A model generated the notes under the pieces. It saw nothing but the letters and a program-made list of their open reading frames with translations, had not been told where the DNA came from and searched no databases. From the IMG/VR virus record IMGVR_UViG_3300017784_000004, positions 1 to 25,187 of that record: DNA of 25,187 nt. One strand, 5' to 3'. The stretch's first letter is position 1. Every line of letters starts with the position of its first letter. Below, piece by piece: positions 9,298-16,536 of the stretch. The stretch is from a virus (taxonomy: Duplodnaviria; Caudoviricetes). A program made the translations under genes and the position numbers.

Positions 9298-10221
9298 CTA
9301 CCCTATGAACATCTGCCGAGGCACAAACCGTTGCGATGCTGTCTCCCGATCCTCCGTAGAAGCCATCTCCCATGCCTCATCATACTGCGCCTTCAAGACC
9401 TGTAAACGCTCCATCCCGTTGGGTAGCTTCATAGCCAAGTAGTACGCCAGCCCCGCAGCTATGCAGGGGATGAACCTAAACGGAACAGCCATGTCATTTA
9501 CACCCCCACCTGCATCTTGGTTACGCTTCAGCCGCCAGTACACAAAGGTGTAGGTCTGCGATCCATCCGGGGTAGGCCATACCGAGATTGCCGGGGGGTT
9601 GGACACATAGACTGCGGTTGCTGTCAAGTGTGTTGCTGCGGTGGTGTTTGCCTGACCCCTAGAGCAAGCGGTTAGGACGTTTCCTACGATGTACCCGTAA
9701 TAGATGATCTCATCGTCCAGCTTAATAAAACCTGCCGCAGCCAGCCCAATGACTGAGCTTAGAGTAATAGTGGTAGCAGTAGTCGTTGTTACTGCACCGT
9801 TTAAGGTGATCGTTGTATCTGCTGTCTGCCCTGAATTCCTCTGGATCATCACCTGAATCGGCCTTGCCTGCGTCAGCTTGTTAGGCAGCGTGGCGTAGGT
9901 GGAGATGCTTATCCGGGTGATTGTTAGGTCTGCTTGGTTGGCTGTGCTGTTGGCATTGGTACGAATAACGTGTTCTATCAGGTCTACCGTATCTGTTGGG
10001 AGGGCGTAGGTATTTTGCCCCTGCGTCAAGGCGAAAGAGCCTTGGTCAATCGTCCACATGTTGATGCCACGGTTGGCCCAGTCTGCAAACAGGATGTTAA
10101 GACTACGACGAGCAGTCCGCATGTCGTAACCGCTGCGAAGCTCCGAACCGGCGCGTTCAAACGCTTCCTCAATGATCTCCGTTAGATCAGGGTTAAACGC
10201 CGTGGTTCCGGAAGTGGTCAT
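9298..10221 (-). CDS. Head-tail adaptor (P22 gp4 / tail tubular protein A-like) with inserted domain
   Basis: IEEAFERAG...GYD.RTARRSLN..FADWANRGIN.WT, WPTPD, PFRF.PC..AGLAYYLA.K...LK..YDE motifs; insert at about 9600-9835. Confidence 0.75.
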   Translation of the reverse strand: MTTSGTTAFNPDLTEIIEEAFERAGSELRSGYDMRTARRSLNILFADWANRGINMWTIDQGSFALTQGQNTYALPTDTVDLIEHVIRTNANSTANQADLTITRISISTYATLPNKLTQARPIQVMIQRNSGQTADTTITLNGAVTTTTATTITLSSVIGLAAAGFIKLDDEIIYYGYIVGNVLTACSRGQANTTAATHLTATAVYVSNPPAISVWPTPDGSQTYTFVYWRLKRNQDAGGGVNDMAVPFRFIPCIAAGLAYYLAMKLPNGMERLQVLKAQYDEAWEMASTEDRETASQRFVPRQMFIG

Positions 10222-10451
10222 CTAAATCCTGCCGTTTTCTTTGCAATCGTTTTAGGTTGCGCTACAAACTGTTTGCCTGCCGCCTTGCCAGCACGTTTTG
10301 CCTTGGTGGTGGCTGCATACTCAGCACTGCTGAGACTTTTGATCGCAGCTTCTGGTAGATAACGTTCCCCCGTTTTTGACGAAGGCTTACCTGACTTGGT
10401 ACGCCATTTCTGGTCACCCCAATCTTTAAGGGACTGCTGCGGAGCTTTCAA
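10218..10451 (-). CDS. Basic protein, DUF5872-like C-terminal half
   Basis: Q.SLK.W..QKWRTKSG...GERYLPE.AIK.LS..EY.AT..AKR.G...GKQFV; TTG start overlapping the upstream TGA. Confidence 0.7.
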   Translation of the reverse strand: MKAPQQSLKDWGDQKWRTKSGKPSSKTGERYLPEAAIKSLSSAEYAATTKAKRAGKAAGKQFVAQPKTIAKKTAGFR

Positions 10452-10735
10452 TCTCTGTACCCACCACCAGCAGCTTTATAGCGTTTAGCCATTACTTGCG
10501 CTTTCCTCGCGCTCCATTGCCCTGCACCTGTACCAACAATCGCCGCAGCTTTGACGCTGTTAAAAATCCGTTTGCGTAAACTGGGCTTGGTGTAGTTGCC
10601 AGCTTCGTTTACTTTAGATTTTACCTCACCGCCTTCGGCATACTGCGTGAAGTCAGTATTATCGCGGCGAGCTTTACGCTTAGCTCCGGGCATCTTATCG
10701 GGGTTAATGTCCCCCATACCGCGACTTGCCATCAT
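10448..10735 (-). CDS. Basic protein, YAEGG motif fused to DUF5872-like N-terminal half
   Basis: YTKP.LR.RI...GQWSARKAQ..A..YK..GGGY motif. Confidence 0.7.
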   Translation of the reverse strand: MMASRGMGDINPDKMPGAKRKARRDNTDFTQYAEGGEVKSKVNEAGNYTKPSLRKRIFNSVKAAAIVGTGAGQWSARKAQVMAKRYKAAGGGYRD

Positions 10736-10902
10736 TTTTTACCTGCCACTTTCTTTGCTAGAAACAGCTTATCAACCATCTCTATCCGTTGCGGTTTGGT
10801 TGTAACCTTGTTAATGATACCAAGCCGTTTAGGTTTACTTGCACCGTAAAACCCAGCCTTTTTTAAGGACTGGACTACTTGCTTTGGCCCCGGAGTTGCC
10901 AT
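10732..10902 (-). CDS. Small Lys-rich hypothetical protein (56 aa)
   Basis: Start moved to ATG 10902 (MATPGPKQ...), 1 nt after the upstream stop; its stop overlaps the downstream ATG. Confidence 0.6.
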   Translation of the reverse strand: MATPGPKQVVQSLKKAGFYGASKPKRLGIINKVTTKPQRIEMVDKLFLAKKVAGKK

Positions 10903-10903
10903 A

Positions 10904-11350
10904 TCAGCACATCTTCCCACGGGTCTTGCCCCGTTGAGCTATACCGTCTGCACGGGAGGATACAGAGCCGCCGTTAGCCATTTTCTTGACTGCGCCGCCA
11001 CGCTTCTTGTTATCCGTGTACTCATTGGCGTTGCTCGTAGAAGTGTCTTTAAAAAATGGGACAATTCGCGTACCCTGTGCCGTATAAAAATCCCCTGCTG
11101 CATTTCTAGTATTTGCCGTTTTGAACCCCGCCGTACCAAAGTCATCATCTCTAGTACCGCTAACTCTGCCCATACCGCCATCGGAGTTTAAGGATGCAAC
11201 TTGTTTGGGGGTTAGTTTAACCTCGGCGGGTGCTTTTGTTTCTTCTGCGGGGGCTGCGTCAATGCGCCGACCCATTTCATCAATAGATGCACCACCGCTT
11301 ACGCCCTCATCTACATCACCACCACGCTCGTAGCGTTTGGTTCTTTTCAT
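10904..11350 (-). CDS. Low-complexity protein with YERGG/KKRGG/MANGG motifs and RADGIAQRGKTRG C-terminus
   Basis: 148 aa, SD AAGGAG; C-terminal motif shared with 11361..12035. Confidence 0.75.
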   Translation of the reverse strand: MKRTKRYERGGDVDEGVSGGASIDEMGRRIDAAPAEETKAPAEVKLTPKQVASLNSDGGMGRVSGTRDDDFGTAGFKTANTRNAAGDFYTAQGTRIVPFFKDTSTSNANEYTDNKKRGGAVKKMANGGSVSSRADGIAQRGKTRGKMC

Positions 11351-11360
11351 GATTTGCTCC

Positions 11361-12035
11361 TTAGCAGGACATGCCGCCCTTGTTCATCTTGATCTGCGTG
11401 CCCTTGGTCTTGCCCTGTTGAGCAATACCGTTAGCGGATGCGCGGAATGAACCGCCGTTAGCCAGCTTGGTCATGGTTGCGCCTTTGTGCAAACGACCTT
11501 CATGCTTGTTCACGGCCCCTTGCATCATGGCCTTGTCTTGCTTCATGTCTGCCTTACCGCCTTCAGCCTTGGACAAATCTTTCGGCATCAAACCTCCTTT
11601 TTTGCCGACACCTCCACCACCGTAATCCGCATTACTACCTGTGTGTGCCTCACCCATAGAAGAGGATGTGAAGCCGCCCGCCCTCATGCGCATCTTTGCC
11701 ATGCCGCCTTTTTTCATGCCCCCGCCAACATCGGGGTGCGATTCACCCATGGAAGATGGTGTGAAGCCGCCCTTTTTCATGCCCATCATTTGCTTTTTGT
11801 CTGATGCCATATCAGCTTTGGAGCCTTCTTGCATACCCTTTTTTTTAGCCATCATTGCCATAAAACCGGGGTTCATTTTCGTAGCCATATCACCACCTTT
11901 TGAGAATTTGCGACCCTTGTCCGCAGTTGTGAAATCTTGTCCCACGGATTGCGGGATGCCTACCTTCTTAGCAAAAGCCGGATTATTGGCTATTGCCGCC
12001 ATAAAATTATGCTGCTTCTTGCTGCTTGAGGGCAT
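11361..12035 (-). CDS. Met/Lys/Gly-rich repetitive protein with eight xxGG motifs
   Basis: Start set to ATG 12035 (TAATG overlap); about 25 Met in 224 aa; internal duplication GGFT(P/S)SSMGE(S/A)H at 11650-11679 and 11743-11772. Confidence 0.8.
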   Translation of the reverse strand: MPSSSKKQHNFMAAIANNPAFAKKVGIPQSVGQDFTTADKGRKFSKGGDMATKMNPGFMAMMAKKKGMQEGSKADMASDKKQMMGMKKGGFTPSSMGESHPDVGGGMKKGGMAKMRMRAGGFTSSSMGEAHTGSNADYGGGGVGKKGGLMPKDLSKAEGGKADMKQDKAMMQGAVNKHEGRLHKGATMTKLANGGSFRASANGIAQQGKTKGTQIKMNKGGMSC

Positions 12036-12274
12036 TACTTGCTCCACCAATGGGCAAACTGAGCTAGACCTGCACCTACTACACTACTCGCACCACCTAG
12101 CAGCATCATAGCCTTCCAGCCACCCTTGGCTTCGGACAGCGTAGACTGGATATCTACCAGAGTCTTCTTGATATCGTTCATATCCGACATCAGCTTGTCC
12201 ATGTCCTTTTGCAGATGGTCTATATCTGCTGCATGGGTAGCAAGCTCTCTGGCGGTAGCGACTTCATTGGTCAT
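12035..12274 (-). CDS. Small coiled-coil protein with C-terminal TM helix (XhlA/holin-like architecture)
   Basis: Heptad N-terminus then GGWKAMMLLGGASSVVGAGLAQFAHWW. Confidence 0.7.
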   Translation of the reverse strand: MTNEVATARELATHAADIDHLQKDMDKLMSDMNDIKKTLVDIQSTLSEAKGGWKAMMLLGGASSVVGAGLAQFAHWWSK

Positions 12275-12532
12275 TTAGCACTTCCATCTTGCAAGTGAAG
12301 CCGCCTTACGGGTAGGCTTGCCCTTTTCATCCTTCATCGGCCCCGGCATACCAGACATACGCGCACAGAACGACTTCTTGCGTGGGCCACCTTCGGGCTG
12401 TGGAGCCTTGAGGTTACTACCTGTAGCAGCGTTGTACTTAGCCCTGCCTTTAGCAGTCAAGCCTGCCCCCTTGGAGACAGGTAGCTTCTCACCCCTGCCA
12501 ACTGAGAGAACTGGGCCTTGTTTTTTAGCCAT
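12275..12532 (-). CDS. Small basic phage protein (DUF6321-like)
   Basis: GLTAKGRAKYN..TGSNLKAP...RKKSFCARM.G...LARWKC motif. Confidence 0.7.
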   Translation of the reverse strand: MAKKQGPVLSVGRGEKLPVSKGAGLTAKGRAKYNAATGSNLKAPQPEGGPRKKSFCARMSGMPGPMKDEKGKPTRKAASLARWKC

Positions 12533-14566
12533 TTAATATAACGGGAACGCCGCTGTTGGGGTTGTGGTTACAGTACGGGCAGCTTTGGTTATTCTAAGGT
12601 CATCTATGTATCCGGTCAATGGCGTTGTACCCGTCCTGCTGGCCCCGATGTACAGAACATCTGTCTGGTTAAAGTCTGTAGTAATTGCCCCGGCGCTACT
12701 TGCTTCCAAGGTTCCGTTGATGTACAGCTTGATGTTGCCTGTTGCCGTGCCACTCCTGACCAAAGCAAAGTAGTACCAAGTGTTTGCAGACAAGGTGGTG
12801 ACCGTTCCCGTCAGAGTCGTAGCAGTGTAGCTTGCGGTTAGGAAGTTAGTTGCACTTACACCCAGCGTCCAGCCCGTAGCTGCTGCACCCTTAGATACAA
12901 GGCTTACCGCAGTCCCTGTTGTGGTCTTGTAGACCCATCCTTCAACCGTGAAGTCCCCCGTACCAAAACGCAGTACAGGTGTATCAAGCACCGTTACCCA
13001 GTCGCCTGTCCCGTCAAACAACATACTGCCGCCACCCCACTGACTCTGAGCAGTTGATATCTGAGCGTTACCAATGGTGGTTACTGCCGTGTTTTTTGCG
13101 GTATTGTCAATGATCCCAGCGTTGGTTCCGCTAAGTAAGAGGGATGTGTTTGTGATTGCCGTTAGCGGTGCTGTTGGCGGGGTAAAGTTGGCGGTATAGA
13201 CTGCCGTACCGTTAACTATGCGCGCACCGGAAATGTAACCGGGAAAGTAATTTGTTGAGGTGCGGGAGCCTACCCGTACAACTTTTACTGCATCACCTAA
13301 CGTCCCAGAAAAAGTAAGCGGTGTTCCACCAGATACCCCATTTACATAAAGCGAACAAGTAGTCCCTGACCTAACTGCTGCAATATGATACCAAGCGCCT
13401 ACAATAGGTGTAATACCTGAGTTTATAAAAGTAGCTGCGGAAGACGGATACCATTGAATAGTACTGCCTGAAGCTTTAACAATAGTCCAATCCGCAGCAA
13501 CATTGCTTACATAATTGCTGACAATATCAAGGTCACCTGTAACGCTAGTAAAATACACCCACGCTTCAATTGTAAAATTACCTGTAAAACTAAACGCAGC
13601 ATTTGCTGGCGCGCTAAGAGAGTCCGTAGTTCCATTAAAAAACCCTGTCCCACCGTTGGTTGCTGCACTGTACGCAGCGGTTGGCTCAAATGGAGAGAAG
13701 GCTTGTATGCTTGGTGTGCCAGCTAAAGTTAAAGGCTGGTTAGCAGCAGTCTGGTCGTTGAAACGGTTGCTTTGCAGAGTTAGGATGCTGGTCTGTGTAC
13801 CTGTTATTGCCGAGATGTTAGTACCAGCGGACTGCGTAATGGCTAAAGGAACTGCCGGTGGAGTAAAAGTTCCGGTGTAAACACCAACCCCCTTGACTAT
13901 ACGGACATTAGACATATATCCGTTAAGAGTGCTTGCACCGGTTAATGGAATTCCATAATCCCCTATGCCTAATGGATTTGATGTGCCGTAATTATTAGAG
14001 TCTGTGTAAGTTGATCCAGCTTGAGTACCATTTATAAACATCTTTGTTGATCCCGATGTACGGGAAACCGCAATATGATACCATGTGCCAATGCTTAATG
14101 CTGTGCCGGTTATTCTGTCAGCAGAATTTGTAAAGTATCTAATACTGCCACCAGCAGCAGTTGCGTAGTAAATATGCGGTGCAACGCTGGCAGCAGAAGT
14201 TAAATTGCTAACAAATGTTTGTGAGCCAAGTAAGTTTGGAAACACCCAAAACTCAATAGTAAAATCTCCAGTGCCGTATCCATAAACGGCATTCGGTGTT
14301 TGTTGAGTTAAAGCGTCTGTAACGCCAACAAAAACCCCGCCCCAACCCGTCTGGCTAAACGGGGTGAAGGTTCCTTGGGTCGCAGTACCGTTCCGGGTTA
14401 TAGTGAAGTTGTTGGTGCTGGAGTCAAGGAACGTGTTGTTCTGCGCCGCATTTGTACCATTACCCGGAGTGAGTAACGATACATAAGGGAACGAAGCGTC
14501 TGTAGATACCGCTGCTCCCGACGATCCGAAGAGTTGCGGAAAGCTAAAGCCGAACCCAAAAGACAT
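12533..14566 (-). CDS. Putative head fiber with three LamG / concanavalin A-like domains
   Basis: Three FT(I/V)ExW, WY(H/Y)xAxxR and GYxxxxRI motif sets; N-terminal MSFGFGFSF peptide resembles head-spike anchoring peptides. Confidence 0.85.
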   Translation of the reverse strand: MSFGFGFSFPQLFGSSGAAVSTDASFPYVSLLTPGNGTNAAQNNTFLDSSTNNFTITRNGTATQGTFTPFSQTGWGGVFVGVTDALTQQTPNAVYGYGTGDFTIEFWVFPNLLGSQTFVSNLTSAASVAPHIYYATAAGGSIRYFTNSADRITGTALSIGTWYHIAVSRTSGSTKMFINGTQAGSTYTDSNNYGTSNPLGIGDYGIPLTGASTLNGYMSNVRIVKGVGVYTGTFTPPAVPLAITQSAGTNISAITGTQTSILTLQSNRFNDQTAANQPLTLAGTPSIQAFSPFEPTAAYSAATNGGTGFFNGTTDSLSAPANAAFSFTGNFTIEAWVYFTSVTGDLDIVSNYVSNVAADWTIVKASGSTIQWYPSSAATFINSGITPIVGAWYHIAAVRSGTTCSLYVNGVSGGTPLTFSGTLGDAVKVVRVGSRTSTNYFPGYISGARIVNGTAVYTANFTPPTAPLTAITNTSLLLSGTNAGIIDNTAKNTAVTTIGNAQISTAQSQWGGGSMLFDGTGDWVTVLDTPVLRFGTGDFTVEGWVYKTTTGTAVSLVSKGAAATGWTLGVSATNFLTASYTATTLTGTVTTLSANTWYYFALVRSGTATGNIKLYINGTLEASSAGAITTDFNQTDVLYIGASRTGTTPLTGYIDDLRITKAARTVTTTPTAAFPLY

Positions 14567-14567
14567 A

Positions 14568-14822
14568 TCAGTATATCCTGACTAGACTGGTTGCAGTAGT
14601 AGCAGTAGAAAAAACTCTGATAACCTGTACAGGAATAACAGAGCCTGCTGCCAGACCAACAAAGGTAGTATCGTCGCCTTGAGCAGTGGTAACCTTGACT
14701 GTCCCTGCCACACCAACGTACACAACAGAGGGGGAAGCAAGGAGAACAGTGTCGCTGGGAGTTATAGCTACCGCACCCCCCGGATACATCGGAAACGTAG
14801 GACTAGGGTGAGTGATTGCCAT
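14568..14822 (-). CDS. Head-spike base protein (RcGTA Rcc01079-like)
   Basis: 84 aa; P...A..ITPSD...L......YVG..G.V.V....G...TF....G...PV...RV..T.TTAT pattern. Confidence 0.75.
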   Translation of the reverse strand: MAITHPSPTFPMYPGGAVAITPSDTVLLASPSVVYVGVAGTVKVTTAQGDDTTFVGLAAGSVIPVQVIRVFSTATTATSLVRIY

Positions 14823-14834
14823 ACAGCCCCCTGA

Positions 14835-15362
14835 TTAAGCCTGCGAAGGATTCAACGCGCCGGTAGAATCGGCAACCAAATAACGGCAAGTGATTTGAAC
14901 AATACCCGCTGTGCTTGGTGATCCAGTGGTAAACGTAGGAGTTGCCACTACGATTACATCGGTAGAACCAATACCTATTCCGTTAGGGGAAGCGGTAGAA
15001 GTAGCGCCAGCGTAAGCGGTGACTTGCGTAGTTGTCAATGTTGGGCTTTGGCGACCAGCAGTCAAAATGGTTGTTGAGGGGTAGAACAAGTTGGCTGTTG
15101 CGCTTGTACCAACAGTCATAACAGCGGCTGTAACAGTGCCAGACAAAGTGGTCAAGGTGTCAACAATAACGTCAACAATGTGTGCGCCAGCAGGTAAAGT
15201 AAAACAAGTAATAGCAGCGGCAGAAGTCGCGCCTACCATGTTAAGTTGCACCGTTTGAGCAACCTGCGTAGCGCCGATGTTCTGGATCGTGCCAGCGGTG
15301 GTTCCGGTGGTGTTTTTGACCGTGCCGAGCAGCCACGGGCCAAGATGGGTAGCGAAAGCCAT
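14835..15362 (-). CDS. Putative capsid decoration / minor head protein
   Basis: Thr/Ala-rich beta protein (LPAGAHIVDVIVD) directly after the MCP; SD AAGGA. Confidence 0.6.
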   Translation of the reverse strand: MAFATHLGPWLLGTVKNTTGTTAGTIQNIGATQVAQTVQLNMVGATSAAAITCFTLPAGAHIVDVIVDTLTTLSGTVTAAVMTVGTSATANLFYPSTTILTAGRQSPTLTTTQVTAYAGATSTASPNGIGIGSTDVIVVATPTFTTGSPSTAGIVQITCRYLVADSTGALNPSQA

Positions 15363-15369
15363 GATAGGT

Positions 15370-15446
15370 TCCTTACATACAAGTTAAGTGCATCAATCGG
15401 TATGTCGTCTGCCGGGACAGTTTGATGCACCGGAAAGCCCGGAGTG
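15370..15446 (-). ncRNA. Pseudoknotted leader RNA, likely Mu-gpT-DE motif
   Basis: Crossing helices: CCGGG/CCCGG (15442-38 with 15416-12), GUGCAUCAA/UUGAUGCAC (15430-22 with 15396-88), ACAUAC/GUAUGU (15405-00 with 15380-75); lies just 3' of a gpT-like MCP. Confidence 0.75.
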
Positions 15447-15448
15447 GC

Positions 15449-15520
15449 TCATTTATAGCACACTATTTTAGGATGTGCAAGCAGCTTGTTCGATTTTTTT
15501 AAGTTTTCTTCTCTGGTCGT
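15449..15520 (-). pseudogene. C-terminal remnant of an HNH homing endonuclease
   Basis: Start-less frame TTREENLKKSNKLLAHPKIVCYK*, matching the ..T.EENL.KSNK end of phage HNH nucleases. Confidence 0.55.
15452..15480 (-). promoter_or_regulatory. Sigma70-type promoter
   Basis: TTGCAC-N17-TATAAA with extended -10 TGc, immediately upstream of the structured RNA. Confidence 0.75.
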
Positions 15521-15565
15521 TTAGTAACAGGTAACGTAACACAGAAAAGGCAAAAGTCAACAGGC

Positions 15566-15594
15566 AATAAAAAAGGGGGCCGAAGCCCCCTTTT
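15566..15594 (-). terminator. Rho-independent terminator after the MCP (possibly bidirectional)
   Basis: AAAAGGGGGC-TTCG-GCCCCCTTTTTT, cUUCGg tetraloop followed by a U-tract. Confidence 0.92.
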
Positions 15595-15613
15595 GTGGGA
15601 AAACCCTATCGTT

Positions 15614-16525
15614 TTACGACGATCCGGGGCTTCCGAAGATGCCCAATGGGTCAGACCAGCCAAAACTGTAACGCTCACGGGACTTGTAACGCACGTTCCC
15701 CGTATCGAAGTCTCCATCCATGGAATTAGACAGCGCGGTACGTTCAAAGTGCTTCAGGCCGTTAGGCACATCGGTGGTCAAGTACCAGCCGCTAGTGTCG
15801 GTCAAGAAGTGGTTGACGGTGTAACCCTCGGGGATAGAACCGTTGTTCTTCAGTGCATTGATGTCGTTGTCGGTAGTACCAACACGCAGGCTGGTTTCCA
15901 AAAGACGGGTAGCAACGAACATCAGAGCAGGCGGGATTACCAGCTTCCGTGGCTTGGCTGCAATCAGCAGACCACGCTCATCCGTCCAAGCGGCGATCTG
16001 AATAACTGCGTTTTCCAACGAAGTCTCATTCAGGTCAGCCGCCGTAGAAGGGCGATTGCTATTAGTACCACCATTCACCAGCGGGTGAGCCGTGCTGAAC
16101 AAAGAAACACCGTCACCACCAACATAGGCCGAGGAGAAGCCGTTGTTTACGACAGCAGCGCCCTTGACTTGCTTGGTGTAGGACATTCCACGGGCCAGAG
16201 CCTTGGTGTAACGAGCCGACAGCGAGTCATACAGATTGTCCTCTACAGCTTCTTCGGTGATGGAGAAGCCGAGGGCGATGGTCTCATGGTTGTACCGAGC
16301 CGTGAACGCTTCCTGTGCATTGTCATAAGCAATGGCAGAACCTTCGTTCTTAACTGGTGCAGCCGAGAAACCGGACAGCTTGGTTTCTTCTTCAAAGCTA
16401 CGTTCCGATTTCTCGATTTCGTAGATTTCTTTATGCTCTTCGCCGTAGCGTGCATACTCCAGACCGAACAAAGCGTTCAGGCCGGGAAGAAGTTCTTTAA
16501 GTAGTTGTGCGCGTGAAATAGCCAT
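15614..16525 (-). CDS. Major capsid protein (Mu gpT-like, HK97 fold)
   Basis: MAISRAQLLKELLPGLNALFG, ITEEAVEDNLY, GDGVSLFSTAHP, LVIPPAL, DFDTGNVRYKSRERYSFGWSDP; strong SD; followed by a terminator. Confidence 0.92.
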   Translation of the reverse strand: MAISRAQLLKELLPGLNALFGLEYARYGEEHKEIYEIEKSERSFEEETKLSGFSAAPVKNEGSAIAYDNAQEAFTARYNHETIALGFSITEEAVEDNLYDSLSARYTKALARGMSYTKQVKGAAVVNNGFSSAYVGGDGVSLFSTAHPLVNGGTNSNRPSTAADLNETSLENAVIQIAAWTDERGLLIAAKPRKLVIPPALMFVATRLLETSLRVGTTDNDINALKNNGSIPEGYTVNHFLTDTSGWYLTTDVPNGLKHFERTALSNSMDGDFDTGNVRYKSRERYSFGWSDPLGIFGSPGSS

Positions 16526-16536
16526 GATTTAACTCC

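Noticed and set aside
15595-15630. Programmed frameshift or readthrough extending the MCP
   Set aside because: No slippery sequence; TAA is followed closely by a strong terminator and early stops.
15593-16504. 303-aa plus-strand ORF opposite the MCP
   Set aside because: Antisense shadow of a codon-biased gene; no SD or recognisable motifs.
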